Below, one piece after another: positions 20,747-34,527 of a stretch of DNA of 64,000 nucleotides. Within the stretch, counting starts at the first letter, position 1; every line of letters begins with the position of its first letter. The stretch is from positions 352,001-416,000 of the forward strand of contig CAVPCT010000005.1 in assembly GCA_963702475.1 (NCBI GenBank), written 5' to 3'. The position numbers were made by a program, and so were the translations under genes. Under the pieces are notes generated by a model, which did not search any database, was not told where the DNA came from, and saw nothing but the letters and a program-made list of their open reading frames with translations. The stretch comes from an uncultured Thermoleophilia bacterium. Lineage in GTDB: Bacteria > Actinomycetota > Thermoleophilia > UBA2241.

Positions 20747-22165
20747 TTAGTCAGAAGGTCCGCCGACGACGACGTCCTCGTCCACGAACGGCAGCGCCGG
20801 CAGCTCCCAGTCCGAGTGCTCGGCCGGGACGTCCTGCCCGGCCGCGTCGCGGCCGCTGCCGAGGGAGACCACCAGCGGCTCCGTCACCGGCGAGTACAGG
20901 TAGACGGACACGCTGTCCGGACCGGTCACGGCGGCGTACTGGAACGCGACCGCGTCGCCGTCCTGAGTCCGGAGCATGAGCCCGCCCACCCGGCCGGGAC
21001 GCAGCTCCCCGCCGGACACGTCGAATGTCAGGCCGACGGTCAGCCACTCGTCGTAGGAGGCCTCGAGCAGCCGCGGCGCCACGGGTACGTCGAGCCGGCC
21101 GACGCCGGCCAGGATGGCCGCCGTCCAGCGCCGCGCGGCGGCGCGAAGCTCGTACGCCTGGGTGAAGTGCACGCGGCCGTGCAGGTCGATGTCGTAGAGC
21201 ACCGGCCCGGCGACGACATCGCCCCTGCCCCAGACGTCCTGTTGGGCCAGGCGGATGCCGTTGATGCCGTCGGCCGTGTACCGCATGTCGTAGTCCCCGA
21301 TCTGCGCCGCCACGAGCGGTGCTCCCAGGTCCTCCCCGACATGCGCCGCGAGGGTGCTCAGCGCCTCTTCGTAGTCTTGCTGAGGGACGAGCGACCTCGC
21401 ATCGGCCTCTCCCTGCCAGAAGAGCACGGCGCGTACTCCGCCCGCAGCCTTGGCGCGGCGCACCATGGAGCCGTACAGGGTCGCCCGCGAGAAGGGGCGG
21501 ACGCGGTCGGGCAGCCACCGGAAGATGCTCGTCGTGCTCTTGGGACAGGGCACGAACGCCACCGGGACCGGGTCGGCCGCCGCCAGGCCTTCCGCCACGA
21601 ACGGCCACACCGAACCCCACGCGAGCGAGTCCCTGCTCACCGTGTCGACCTGCTTGACGGGGGAGTCGACCGGATCCAGCAGCTCCTTCCACCGGTCGTC
21701 GTTGCCGAACATGCCCGCGCGCAGCTCCGCGTTCTCGTAGCGGCTGTAGGCGACCCCGCGGCCGCTCGCGTTGCTCTGCCCGGCGATGACGTACACGTCG
21801 CCGACACCGACGAACCGCAACGACTTCGACAGCGCCGGACGAGCGATACTGCGCACCACGAGGGTGGCCTGACCCGCCGGCTGTCTCTTCAGGACCACCT
21901 TGAACGTGCCGTTTGCGGCCACCCGCCCCGCGGCCCAGGCGCCGCCGTGCCACCGCGCCTGCACCTGCGTGCCCAAGCCGCGAGCGACACCTCTTACCAC
22001 GATGTCGGCGGTGCCCTTCGGGCCTCGCTGGACCACCTGGTACGGGCGGGGAGAAGTGACGCTCAGCGTGCCGGCGGCGGCCGCGACCGGGGTCGCAAGG
22101 ACGGCCGCCGCCAGACCGGCGACGAAGAGTGTCGTCAGCCCCACTCTGAACGCCCGCGACCGCAT
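20747..22165 (-). CDS. Secreted sialate O-acetylesterase (SASA)-domain protein
   Basis: Signal peptide; GDVYVIAGQSN; LFWQGE; VHF. Confidence 0.75.
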   Translation of the reverse strand: MRSRAFRVGLTTLFVAGLAAAVLATPVAAAAGTLSVTSPRPYQVVQRGPKGTADIVVRGVARGLGTQVQARWHGGAWAAGRVAANGTFKVVLKRQPAGQATLVVRSIARPALSKSLRFVGVGDVYVIAGQSNASGRGVAYSRYENAELRAGMFGNDDRWKELLDPVDSPVKQVDTVSRDSLAWGSVWPFVAEGLAAADPVPVAFVPCPKSTTSIFRWLPDRVRPFSRATLYGSMVRRAKAAGGVRAVLFWQGEADARSLVPQQDYEEALSTLAAHVGEDLGAPLVAAQIGDYDMRYTADGINGIRLAQQDVWGRGDVVAGPVLYDIDLHGRVHFTQAYELRAAARRWTAAILAGVGRLDVPVAPRLLEASYDEWLTVGLTFDVSGGELRPGRVGGLMLRTQDGDAVAFQYAAVTGPDSVSVYLYSPVTEPLVVSLGSGRDAAGQDVPAEHSDWELPALPFVDEDVVVGGPSD

Positions 22166-22211
22166 GCACCCTCCTCCGCGCCGTCCCGGCTGCCGCGATC
22201 GGGCGGCCCGT

Positions 22212-22287
22212 TGGAGCCGGCGGGCGGGATCGAACCGCCGACCTGCCGCTTACAAGGCGGCTGCTCTGCCAGCTGAGCTACGCCGGC
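22212..22287 (-). tRNA. tRNA-Thr(UGU)
   Basis: GCCGGCGTAGCTCAG...gccgc-CTTGTAA-gcggc...GGTTCGATCC...CGCCGGCTCCA; 76 nt cloverleaf. Confidence 0.95.
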
Positions 22288-22378
22288 GCCGTGCTGGACA
22301 GCGCCGACAGTGTACCGGACGACCCCAAGGGTCACGAACCGACGCTCCCGGCGCTCCCTTCGGGACTATACTCGGCTG

Positions 22379-23524
22379 ATGAAGCCCGCTTCTTCAGCGC
22401 ACGAGCTCGGCGCCCTACGCGGCCGGGTCTTGCTCGCCGTCGTGGCGGCGCTGGCGGCCGCGGGCGCCGCGCTGACGTTCCTGTTCGTCACCTTCCCCGC
22501 CCCGGGCCCCGCGGCTCCACCGGCCTCCGTCGTCGCCGCACCGCCGCCGCGGGTCAGCGCATGGTCGGCCGTGGTGATGGACCAGGCCAGCGGCGTCATC
22601 GTGTACGCGAAGGCGCCCCGGCGTCACCTGCCCACCGCATCGCTGACGAAGATCATGACGGCCGTGCTCGTGCTCGAGCGGGCGTCGGACCTGGAGGCCT
22701 ACGTGGAGGTGCCGGAAGCAGCGGTGGGCCAGAACGGCGCCGGCCTCGGACTCCACCCCGGAGACAGCATCAAGGTACGTCAGCTCCTCCTCGGACTGAT
22801 GGTGAGGAGCGCGACCGACTGCGCCGTCACGCTGGCCACGCACATCGCCGGCGGCGAGCCGGCGTTCGTCAGGCTGATGAACCGGCGCGCCGCCGAGCTG
22901 GGACTGAAGGACACGCACTTCGTCAATTGCACCGGCCTCAACGTACCCGGCCACTACTCCTGCGCCCGCGACCTCTCCGAGCTCGGGCGCGTCGCCATGC
23001 GGGACCGCCGCTTCCGCAAGCTGGCGGGGCGGGTGTGGGCGCGGGTCACGTGGCCGCCCGCGCACGAGGCCTTCATCGTCTCGCGCAACCGCCTCAACGC
23101 TCGGTACGACTGGGTCGACGGCATCAAGACGGGTTCGACCTACGGCACCGGCGCCTGCATGGTGGCGAGCGGCGAGTACGGCGGCCGCCGGCTCATCGTC
23201 ACCACCCTGCACGAGCCCAACCGCACTGAGGAGGTGCGGGACGCGCTCAGCCTGTTCGCCTACGGCGCCTCGCACTTCGCGCGCAGCGTCGTCGTGCGCC
23301 GCGGCGAACGGGTCGGTGAGATCAGTGTGGCCGGCGGGACGGTGCCCCTCGTGGCGGCAGACGACCTCACCCGCGTGGTACGCCGCGGGGCCACGTTGAA
23401 GAGCAGCGTGCGGGCGCCCACCGCGCTCACCAGCCCTACCGACGCCGTGGTCGGCTACGCGCGGTTCTGGGCAGACGGCGTGCTGCTGGGCGCGGTGCCC
23501 GTCCGCGCCGCGGCAGCGCCCTGA
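22379..23524 (+). CDS. D-alanyl-D-alanine carboxypeptidase (peptidase S11)
   Basis: TASLTK (SxxK), KTG, THFVN; SxN motif reads SAT; N-terminal TM segment. Confidence 0.85.
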   Translation: MKPASSAHELGALRGRVLLAVVAALAAAGAALTFLFVTFPAPGPAAPPASVVAAPPPRVSAWSAVVMDQASGVIVYAKAPRRHLPTASLTKIMTAVLVLERASDLEAYVEVPEAAVGQNGAGLGLHPGDSIKVRQLLLGLMVRSATDCAVTLATHIAGGEPAFVRLMNRRAAELGLKDTHFVNCTGLNVPGHYSCARDLSELGRVAMRDRRFRKLAGRVWARVTWPPAHEAFIVSRNRLNARYDWVDGIKTGSTYGTGACMVASGEYGGRRLIVTTLHEPNRTEEVRDALSLFAYGASHFARSVVVRRGERVGEISVAGGTVPLVAADDLTRVVRRGATLKSSVRAPTALTSPTDAVVGYARFWADGVLLGAVPVRAAAAP

Positions 23525-23642
23525 CGGCGGCCTCCGGCCCCGGACCCTTGGCTTGGGGGGGCTGTCGCTTGCCGGCGCCGTGGTACGCCGCGGCGCAGGT
23601 CGCGTGTGGGTACGCGTGAAGTCCGTGACGGACGCCTTGACG

Positions 23643-23930
23643 CGAAGGCGCGGATCCGGGGTGACATGGATCCGCGCCTTCGGTCTTGTGGCCTGGGGCC
23701 GGGGGACTCCCGCGTTGGGGGGCGGAGGCCGCTCCGACCTTCAGGCCTTGGTCCACCCGGGGCCGGGGTGGACCAAGAAGAAGATAGGAGGTACCAGCGC
23801 TTGGTCGCCGGCAGCGGGCTTCTCGGAGACGGGAAGCGCTCGCAGGGCAGACCTTACGAAGGACATGCGAAGGGTTTGTTAACTCACTATTGCGCTCTGT
23901 GAAGTGAGCAGGTCGAAGGGCCTGCGCCAT
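23643..23930 (-). ncRNA. Candidate structured non-coding RNA in a convergent intergenic region
   Basis: Several nested helices plus a long-range closing helix; TATCAT -10-like box upstream on the minus strand; family not recognised. Confidence 0.45.
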
Positions 23931-24107
23931 GTGTGATGATACTGGTTGATTCACGACCGGATTGACAGGCCCATCGTCCCCGCCTGGTTACCTCACCCGG
24001 TGGTCAGGAGGACGGCGATCGCCCCGTGTTGCGGGCGTCCTGAGTCGTGGTGGCGCGTCGGGCGAGGGGTCCCGCCCATCTGGAGCGCAGGCGGCCTCTC
24101 CCGCCTC

Positions 24108-27008
<2,901 letters not shown>

Positions 27009-27016
<8 letters not shown>

Positions 27017-27800
27017 GGATGGCCGCGAGATCGAGGTCCCAGGCGGCGAGCTCCTCGAGGAGGTCCGCGTCCAGAAGATCGTAGCTGAGCGGAGTCACCG
27101 CCACCGCACCGGAGGCGACCACGTCGAAGTCGGTCGCCGCGCCGTGCACCGACGGCGGATGGTCGCACAACACCGGGTACTCGCGAGGCGCCTCGTCCCC
27201 ATGACCATCCTCCGGGACGAGGGTGATGAAGTCGTAGCAGCTGGCCCCGCCGAGACGGGCCGGGTGGATGCCCGTGAACCCGGCCAGGGGGCGGTCCGGG
27301 AGGTTCACGTTGAGCATCGTGTGCTGCGGGAGCCCGCGCGCGACGACGTGACCCACGATCGCGCGGATCACCGGCGACGCCTCCGGCAGCCAGCCGGGAG
27401 CCTCGCTCTCCACGGAGAAGGCCAGCGCCGGGAAGCCACGGAGCGCCGCCTCGAACGCGGCGCCGACGGTGCCGGAGTAGGTGATGTCGGCGCCCATGTT
27501 GGAGCCCGCGTTCACGCCCGACACCACGAGGTCGGGGACGGGGCAGCGCACCCCCACCAGGGCGACGCGTACGCAGTCGGAGGGCGTGCCGTCGCACGCG
27601 GACCCCTGCCAGCCCTCGCCGAACCGCTCCGCGCGCACGTGCAGCGGCCGGTGGATGGTGATGCCGCGAGCCACGGCGCTGGCATCGTGGTCCGGCGCGA
27701 TCGTCCAGATGTCGCCGAGCCCGTCGAGCGCGGCGCGCAGCACCGCCAGCCCGGGCGCATGAAGACCGTCGTCGTTGGTGAGGAGGATCTGCAGGGTCAC
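27009..27800 (-). CDS. surE: 5'/3'-nucleotidase SurE
   Basis: ILLTNDDG, GTPSDCV, SGVNAGSN, YSGTV. Confidence 0.95.
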
Positions 27801-27942
27801 GCCGTCATTGTAGCCGAGGAGGTCTCACGTCACCCTCGCTCATCGGTGCTCGGAGCCGTACGCTTACGCCGGCCCGCGGAGCCCGGCAGGAGACGGACGC
27901 GGACCGTCGTAAGTGTGACGAAGGCGAGCACGAGGGAGTCGG

Positions 27943-28845
27943 GTGGCACGAGCCAGGCAGGTCGCGCAGCCGCCGCAGGGAGGCCGGTTCACGGTACGCC
28001 GCGTCGCGGTGGTGCTCGCGTCGCTGCTGGCCGTGTCGGCCCTGGTCGTCCTGCTCGGGGCCGCGTACCTCTGGCCGCTCTTCGTCTTTCCCCTGCTCCT
28101 GGCCGCGGTGTTCTTCTTCGAGCTGGGCAGCCTCGTGGTCACCTTCTGGCTCGGCAACTTCTTCGTCCTGTACTACAGCCTGCTCCAGCCCGCCGACGAC
28201 GCCACCGTGCGCCAGGCCCTGCTGGGCACGGCCCTGTTCCTCGCGGCCGGCCTCCTTCTGGGCCGCGTCCTGCGCCGCGAGCGCGCGAAGAACGACGAGC
28301 TCGCGGCGTCCTCGCTCACCGACCGGCTCACCGGCCTCTACAACTACGGCACCTTCGCGGACTACCTGCACAACGAGGTCACCAAGGTCGACCGGTACGG
28401 CGGCGAGCTGACGCTCGTCATGCTCGACCTCGACCACTTCAAGCAGTTCAACGACAGACACGGGCACGAGACCGGCAACGCGCTGCTTCGGCGGGTCGGC
28501 GCCACGCTCGGCACGGCGGTGCGCGAGGCCGACCTCGCCGCCCGGTACGGGGGTGAGGAGTTCGCGGTGCTCATCCGCGGCGACGAGTCGCACGGCTACG
28601 AGCTGGCCGAGCGCCTGCGCCGGTCGGTGGAGACCATCGCCGTCGCCGCTCGCGGCGGAGAGGCCGTCTGCTGCACGGTCTCCGCCGGGGTCGCGACCTA
28701 TCCCTACGGGGCGGGCGACGAGACCGAGCTCGTCGAACGCGCCGACGACGCCCTGTACGAGTCCAAGCGGCGCGGTCGCAACAGGGTGACCATCTACACC
28801 GGCGTCGCCGACCACGCGGAGCTGCCGGCGAGCCTCTCGGCCTGA
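27943..28845 (+). CDS. Membrane-anchored diguanylate cyclase
   Basis: N-terminal TMs; DRLTGL, DLDHFKQFND, RxxD I-site, RYGGEEF. Confidence 0.92.
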   Translation: MARARQVAQPPQGGRFTVRRVAVVLASLLAVSALVVLLGAAYLWPLFVFPLLLAAVFFFELGSLVVTFWLGNFFVLYYSLLQPADDATVRQALLGTALFLAAGLLLGRVLRRERAKNDELAASSLTDRLTGLYNYGTFADYLHNEVTKVDRYGGELTLVMLDLDHFKQFNDRHGHETGNALLRRVGATLGTAVREADLAARYGGEEFAVLIRGDESHGYELAERLRRSVETIAVAARGGEAVCCTVSAGVATYPYGAGDETELVERADDALYESKRRGRNRVTIYTGVADHAELPASLSA

Positions 28846-28953
28846 GGCGCACGGTTCAGAGGCGGTGGCCTCTGGCGCCCCTCCGTGAGCCAGGTTCGTC
28901 GCTCACTGACCGGTGCCCTGTCGGCTCACCCGTCGTTGACCCGCCTACGGTGG

Positions 28954-30273
28954 TCAGTCGGGGAACGTGACGGCAGGCAGACGCGTGTCGGGGCGCGCGT
29001 ACAGCTCGCCGCAGAACAACTCCACGCCATTGCGGCCCAGGACCTGCGCCTGCTCGCTCGTGCGCACTCCGGAGGCGATCACCTGGGCGCCGATGCGGTC
29101 ACCGAAGCGCACCAGCAACTGCACGACGTCCACCGCCGTGAGCTGATCGCCGACGCCGGCGACGAGCGTGGGGTCCAGGCACAGGAAGTCCGGCTCCGCC
29201 TCGGCCACCAGCTCCAGCGACGTGAACTGACCGCCCAACGACGCGAGACAGAGCTGGAACCCCATCTGACGGACGTCGGCCAGGGTGCGCAGCAGCGACG
29301 CCGTGTTGGACGTGAGCTCCTCAGCCTCGAGCTCGAACACCACGTGCTGCGGCACCAGGGCCCTGTTGAGCGAGTAGAACTCACTGAGGGCCACCACGGC
29401 GGCATTGGGCAGCTCGGCCGCGGCGCAGCCGACGAAGAGCAGGTCGTCCGGATGCAGACCGGCGGCCGACGCCACGGTCGCCTCGCGTGCCGCGACGCCG
29501 TAGGCCTCCAGCATCGTCGAGCGACGCGCCACGTCGAGCAGCACATCCGGCAGGCGCAGGGGCGAGTAGAACGGGCCCCGCACCGTGCTGCGATAGCCGA
29601 GGACCTTGCCGACGGCGGACTCGACCACCGGCTCGAACAGCGGCTCGAGCTCGCCGTGCTCGACGCAGGCCGAGAGCGTGCGACGCAGCCCGTCCTCGTA
29701 GGCGGCGGCGCTCCCGGCCGCCGCCTCCATGGCCAGCGCCAGACCCCGCTGCAGGTTCTGCTCGAAGGTGAGGTCCCCGTCGGCGCGCATCACGGCGGCG
29801 CCGACGGCGGGGTGAACCCGGTCGTACACGCCGGGGGCGAGGTCGTTGAGCAGCAGCGACTGCAGGCGCTCGTAGACCCGGCGCGTGACCGCCGCCAGAT
29901 CCTCATCAGCGATGACGCCCTCGGTGCCGCTCGAGCTGCGCGGCGGCGACAGCAGCACGATGAATGCGTCGTCGGTCAGCGTGAAGTCGCTGACCACGTC
30001 CAGACGCCGCAGCGTGCTGCCCACCATGCTCGAGAGGCTTGCGGCCACGGCGTCGAGGATGTCGGCCACCACGTGCCAGCCGAAGATGGGTTCCAGGCGG
30101 CCGTACCGGTCGAGGCTCACGTACAGGATGGCGACGGCGCCGCGACGCTCCAGCGCCACGCGGATGGAGTCGGCCACGAGGTTCAGCGACGGCAGTCGGC
30201 TGGGGCCGTCGCTGACGAGGCTGCGCAACGTCCTGCGCGCCTTCTGCAGGGAGTCTTCAGTGGGTCGGGGCAC
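28954..30273 (-). CDS. Degenerate GGDEF/EAL-domain protein
   Basis: EAL-fold remnants (LFEPVV, VVFEL, PDFLCLD, VIASGV) without EAL/DDFG motifs. Confidence 0.7.
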   Translation of the reverse strand: MPRPTEDSLQKARRTLRSLVSDGPSRLPSLNLVADSIRVALERRGAVAILYVSLDRYGRLEPIFGWHVVADILDAVAASLSSMVGSTLRRLDVVSDFTLTDDAFIVLLSPPRSSSGTEGVIADEDLAAVTRRVYERLQSLLLNDLAPGVYDRVHPAVGAAVMRADGDLTFEQNLQRGLALAMEAAAGSAAAYEDGLRRTLSACVEHGELEPLFEPVVESAVGKVLGYRSTVRGPFYSPLRLPDVLLDVARRSTMLEAYGVAAREATVASAAGLHPDDLLFVGCAAAELPNAAVVALSEFYSLNRALVPQHVVFELEAEELTSNTASLLRTLADVRQMGFQLCLASLGGQFTSLELVAEAEPDFLCLDPTLVAGVGDQLTAVDVVQLLVRFGDRIGAQVIASGVRTSEQAQVLGRNGVELFCGELYARPDTRLPAVTFPD

Positions 30274-30297
30274 GGGTCCTCGCTCCCGGCACGCGCC

Positions 30298-30645
30298 TCA
30301 GGAGGCCTTCTGTTTCTCCTTGGCCTTGCCGCCCTTGGCTGCCGGCTCGGCACCGCTCTTCGCGGCATCGCCCGCGGGCTTGGAGGCGTCGGAGGTCGTT
30401 GAAGCCGGCTGGTCTGCCTTGGACGACGCGTCGTCGGAGGAGGAGCCGCTCGTGGGCCGCCCCGACCCCTTGCCGTAGTCGGTCGTGTAGAAGCCGGAGC
30501 CTTTGAAGTGGATGGCGACGGGGTGCAGCACCTTGCGCAGGTGACCGCCGCACTGCTCGCACGCCTCCAGTGGGTCGTCGCTCATCCGCTGCAGGACCTC
30601 GAGTGACACCCCACAGTCGTCGCAGCGATACTCGTAGATGGGCAC
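30298..30645 (-). CDS. FmdB-family zinc-ribbon protein
   Basis: MPIYEYRCDDC...CEQC...FKGSGFYTTDY. Confidence 0.92.
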   Translation of the reverse strand: MPIYEYRCDDCGVSLEVLQRMSDDPLEACEQCGGHLRKVLHPVAIHFKGSGFYTTDYGKGSGRPTSGSSSDDASSKADQPASTTSDASKPAGDAAKSGAEPAAKGGKAKEKQKAS

Positions 30646-30727
30646 GCAGGTGACTCCTTCGCGTGGGTGGAGAACGGCCAGTTTAGCACACGGCCTGAGC
30701 CGAGCGGCGCGACGGCCCCGCCCGGCG

Positions 30728-31426
30728 CTACGGCGCGAACGGGGCCAGGTGACCGGCGACGATGCGCGCCGGCCGCCACGCGCGAATGAGCCGCCACGAC
30801 CGCAGCAGGTCGGGGCCGGCCGGGCCCGAGGGCGCCATCGCGTCGAACTCGGCCCGGCCCGGGCCGATGGTGTCGCCGCACACGACCACAGACCCTTCGG
30901 TGGTCGTCACACACAGGCTGATGTGCCCGGGGCAGTGTCCAGGAGTGCGCGCCCACGCGACGCCGGGCGCCAGTTCGCCGCCGTCTCCGCTCAGCAGCTC
31001 GAGCGGCAGCGCCTCGAGCAGGCCGCCGACCAGCAACCAGTGCGGCGCCCGCGTCTCACGCTCGTGCACTGCTACGGGCGCCGGGAGGTCGACGCAGGCG
31101 CCGGCGTGATCGAGGTGGGCGTGCGTGAGCACAACGAGGTCGACGTCGTCGGGCCTCAGGCCGCGAGCCGCAAGCGCCCGCACCACCGGCTCGTTCTGCA
31201 AAGGAAGCCCCGGGTCGACGACGATGGTCTTCTCGCCCCGCAGCAACACCGTGTTGGGAAAAGTGGTCATGCCGACCACCGGGCGCTGGTCGCGCAGCGC
31301 CCTGTACTCGACGAACGCCTCCGGAGACCGATGCTCGGGCAGCACCTCCACGGAGTCGCCCTCGACGCTGAACACGAAACGCGCCGTGGGGATGAGGACG
31401 TCGACCCGGTACTGCGTCTCGCTCAC
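30728..31426 (-). CDS. MBL-fold metallo-hydrolase
   Basis: VVDPG, THAHLDH, TPGH, CGD, GH; GTG overlaps the upstream TGA. Confidence 0.85.
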   Translation of the reverse strand: MSETQYRVDVLIPTARFVFSVEGDSVEVLPEHRSPEAFVEYRALRDQRPVVGMTTFPNTVLLRGEKTIVVDPGLPLQNEPVVRALAARGLRPDDVDLVVLTHAHLDHAGACVDLPAPVAVHERETRAPHWLLVGGLLEALPLELLSGDGGELAPGVAWARTPGHCPGHISLCVTTTEGSVVVCGDTIGPGRAEFDAMAPSGPAGPDLLRSWRLIRAWRPARIVAGHLAPFAP

Positions 31427-31764
31427 GACTCGGTCGGGCCTCCCACTCTGCCCGGCTCCACCGACGGTGTCTCGTCGCGGCCGTAGAGAAAGTCCACCTT
31501 TTCCATGTTGAGCAGGACGAACGGCGCCGTGTCGATGAGCTCCTTGGTCGCCTTGTTGTAGATGCGTACACACGACAACGTCAGACGAGCGTCGTTGAAC
31601 GAGCGGAGGTAGTCGGAGGCGCGCCGGGAGGTAGCCCGCTGGCCGAGACCGAAGTGGGCGACGCCGACGATGCGGAACTCGCCGATGTAGGCGATGATCT
31701 CCATCTCCCTGAACTCGGCGTCGTTGCGCCAGGGGTCTGTGTCGATGTCGTGCTGGTCTTCCAT
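31423..31764 (-). CDS. Conserved-looking hypothetical protein
   Basis: MEDQHD...FRIVG...RASDYL...FVLLN; strong codon bias; ORF extends upstream in frame to 32013. Confidence 0.6.
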   Translation of the reverse strand: MEDQHDIDTDPWRNDAEFREMEIIAYIGEFRIVGVAHFGLGQRATSRRASDYLRSFNDARLTLSCVRIYNKATKELIDTAPFVLLNMEKVDFLYGRDETPSVEPGRVGGPTES

Positions 31765-32025
31765 CGTGCTCCGTCCGGGACGTGTGGTCAGGGTCAGTCG
31801 CAGGCCGGACGGGGCCTCCGCTTGGGCGGAGGCCGGTCCGGCCTGCGAGCACGGCGTCCCGGCGAAGGCACCGAGAGAGCCGCGGCCGGGACGCAGCGAG
31901 AGACGCAGCCGGGCCAGGGCAGTACGGCGGGACTCTCCGCGGCGCGGCGCCAGGAGCACGCCCAGCGCCGCTCCCACGGTCCCGCCGGAGAGTGGTGTCC
32001 GCCGACCCGCCATGGTCGTCCGACT

Positions 32026-34455
32026 CTAGCCCAGCTCCTTTCTGAAGACCAGAGCACCGTCGGCCAGATCCACGACCACCGTGTCGCCCTCCTTGAACTC
32101 GGCGCGCAGCAACGCGCTGGAGAGCGGATTCTCGACGAGCCGCTGGATGGCGCGCCTGAGGGGCCGCGCCCCGTACTCGGCGTCATAGCCCTCGTCGGCG
32201 ATGTGTTCCCTGGCCGCCTGCGTGACCTCCAGTCTCATGCCCTGGCCGCCGGCCAGATCGCGGAGGCGCGCGAGCAGCAGGTCGACCACCTGCGCCAGCT
32301 CCTCCCGGCTGAGCGGGTCGAACACGACGATCTCGTCCACACGGTTCAGGAACTCCGGCCGGAACGCCTTGCGCAGCTCCTCGAGCAGGCGCCGCTCGAG
32401 GTCCTCGTGCCCGCCTGCGTCGTGCTCGGCCGCGAAGCCCAGCCGCTGCCTGTTGATCATGCCGCTGCCGATGTTGCTGGTCATGATGACGACCGTGTTC
32501 TTGAAGTCCACGGTGCGGCCCTTGCCGTCTGTGAGGCGGCCGTCGTCGAGGATCTGCAACAAGGCGTTGAACACGTCCGGGTGCGCCTTCTCGATCTCGT
32601 CGAACAGCACCACGCTGTACGGCCGCCGGCGGACCGCCTCGGTGAGCTGGCCGCCCTCGTCGTACCCCACGTAGCCGGGCGGCGCCCCCGTGAGCCGCGC
32701 CACGGTGTGCTTCTCCTGGTACTCACTCATGTCGAGCCGCACGAGCGCCGACTCGTCGTCGAACAGGAACTCGGCCAGGGCGCGGGCGAGCTCGGTCTTT
32801 CCCACGCCCGTCGGGCCGAGGAAGATGAACGAGCCTATCGGCCGCTTGGGGTCCTTGAGCCCCGCGCGGGCCCGGCGGACAGCTTCGCTGACCGCCTCCA
32901 CTGCGCGGTCCTGCCCGATCACGCGACCGTGCAGGTTCCCCTCCATCTCGAGCAGCTTGTCGGCCTCCGCCTGCAGCATGCGCTGCACGGGGATGCCGGT
33001 CCACTTGCTTACCAGCTCGGCGATGTCGTCGGTGTCCACCGTGGCGTCGGCGATACCCTTCTCGGCCAGCCACGCGTCCTTGGCCCTGACGAACGTGTCC
33101 TGGATCTTGTCGGCCTGCGCCTTGAGCTCGGCGGCGCGCTCGTAGTCCTGCGCCTGCACCGCCGCCGCGCCCTCGCGCGTGAGCTCCTGGAGCTTGAGCT
33201 CCATCTCGCGCAGATCCGGCGGCAGCATGGTGGCCTCGATGCGGAGCTTGCTGGCCGCCTCGTCCAGCAGGTCGATCGCCTTGTCGGGAAGGAAGCGGTC
33301 GCTGATGTAGCGGTCGCTGAGATAGGCCGCCTCGCGGATGGCCGCGTCGGTGATGCTCACCTTGTGGTGCGCCTCGTACTTGTCGCGCAGGCCCATGAGG
33401 ATGGCCACCGTCTCTTCCACCGTGGGTTCGCCGACGAGGATGGGCTGGAACCGCCGCTCCAACGCCGCGTCCTTCTCGATGTGCCTGCGGTACTCGTCGA
33501 GTGTGGTCGCGCCCACGCACTGCAGCTCGCCCCGCGCCAGCATGGGTTTCATCATGTTGGCGGCGTCGATGGCGCCCTCGGCGGCACCAGCCCCCACGAC
33601 GTTGTGCAACTCGTCGATGAACAGCACGACGTCCCTGGAGCGCAGCACCTCGTCCAGGGCGCCTTTGAGGCGCTCCTCGAACTCCCCGCGGTACTTGGAG
33701 CCGGCCACCATGGCGCCCAGGTCGAGCGCCAGCACGCGCTTGCCGCGCAGGATCTCGGGCACGTCGGCGGTCACGATCTTCTGCGCGAGCCCGTCGGCGA
33801 TGGCCGTCTTGCCCACGCCGGGCTCGCCGATGAGCACCGGGTTGTTCTTGGTGCGGCGACTCAGTACCTGGATGACCCGCTTGATCTCCTCGTCACGGCC
33901 GATCACAGGGTCCAGCTTGCCGTCTCGGGCCATGGCCGTCAGGTCGCGCGTGTACTTCTTGAGCATGCTCTCGCCGGTGGCGCTGGCCTCGTAGTCGAGG
34001 CCGGTGGAACGCACCTGGGAGAGGGCGCGCCGCAGTCCCTCCTCGGTCATGCCGACGTCGCGCAGGATCGCGCTGCCCGGGCCCTCCCCTTCGAGGAAGA
34101 TGCCGAACAGCAGGTGCTCGGTACCGACCATCTCGTCGCCCATCTTCTGGGCCTCCTGGACAGCCAGGTCGAGGGCCGCCTTGGCGCGCGGGGTCATGTA
34201 GAGCATCTCGGCCGGCCCGGAGGGACCGGAGGTGCCGGCCGGCTGGTTCTGAGCCATCCGGTCGGCGCGCGTCATCAGCTGACCTTTGTCGATGCCGAGC
34301 ACGTTGAGGATCTGCTCGACCACGCCGCCGGGCAGGCTGAGCACGCCGATGAGCAGGTGCTCGGTGCCCAGTACGTTGCCGGACCCGCGGCGCACCACGC
34401 CCTGTGCGGTCTCGATGGCCTCACGGGCCCGTTCGGAGAACTTGTTCACGTCCAT
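32026..34455 (-). CDS. clpC: Hsp100/Clp AAA+ ATPase, ClpC-type
   Basis: Clp N repeats, two AAA modules ([16 protein letters not shown]), short UVR-like M domain, LGF loop. Confidence 0.85.
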   Translation of the reverse strand: MDVNKFSERAREAIETAQGVVRRGSGNVLGTEHLLIGVLSLPGGVVEQILNVLGIDKGQLMTRADRMAQNQPAGTSGPSGPAEMLYMTPRAKAALDLAVQEAQKMGDEMVGTEHLLFGIFLEGEGPGSAILRDVGMTEEGLRRALSQVRSTGLDYEASATGESMLKKYTRDLTAMARDGKLDPVIGRDEEIKRVIQVLSRRTKNNPVLIGEPGVGKTAIADGLAQKIVTADVPEILRGKRVLALDLGAMVAGSKYRGEFEERLKGALDEVLRSRDVVLFIDELHNVVGAGAAEGAIDAANMMKPMLARGELQCVGATTLDEYRRHIEKDAALERRFQPILVGEPTVEETVAILMGLRDKYEAHHKVSITDAAIREAAYLSDRYISDRFLPDKAIDLLDEAASKLRIEATMLPPDLREMELKLQELTREGAAAVQAQDYERAAELKAQADKIQDTFVRAKDAWLAEKGIADATVDTDDIAELVSKWTGIPVQRMLQAEADKLLEMEGNLHGRVIGQDRAVEAVSEAVRRARAGLKDPKRPIGSFIFLGPTGVGKTELARALAEFLFDDESALVRLDMSEYQEKHTVARLTGAPPGYVGYDEGGQLTEAVRRRPYSVVLFDEIEKAHPDVFNALLQILDDGRLTDGKGRTVDFKNTVVIMTSNIGSGMINRQRLGFAAEHDAGGHEDLERRLLEELRKAFRPEFLNRVDEIVVFDPLSREELAQVVDLLLARLRDLAGGQGMRLEVTQAAREHIADEGYDAEYGARPLRRAIQRLVENPLSSALLRAEFKEGDTVVVDLADGALVFRKELG

Positions 34456-34527
34456 GGAGTACCTGTCTCTCTGGGATCGCCGCCGAAAACTGAGGGGGGT
34501 CGGGCCGGCGGTGCGGACCCGCGGGGG

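Noticed and set aside
5050-22287. Methylamine cluster as an island integrated at tRNA-Thr
   Set aside because: The tRNA 3' end faces the cluster, but I found no integrase and no duplicated tRNA 3' end, and composition looks like the flanks
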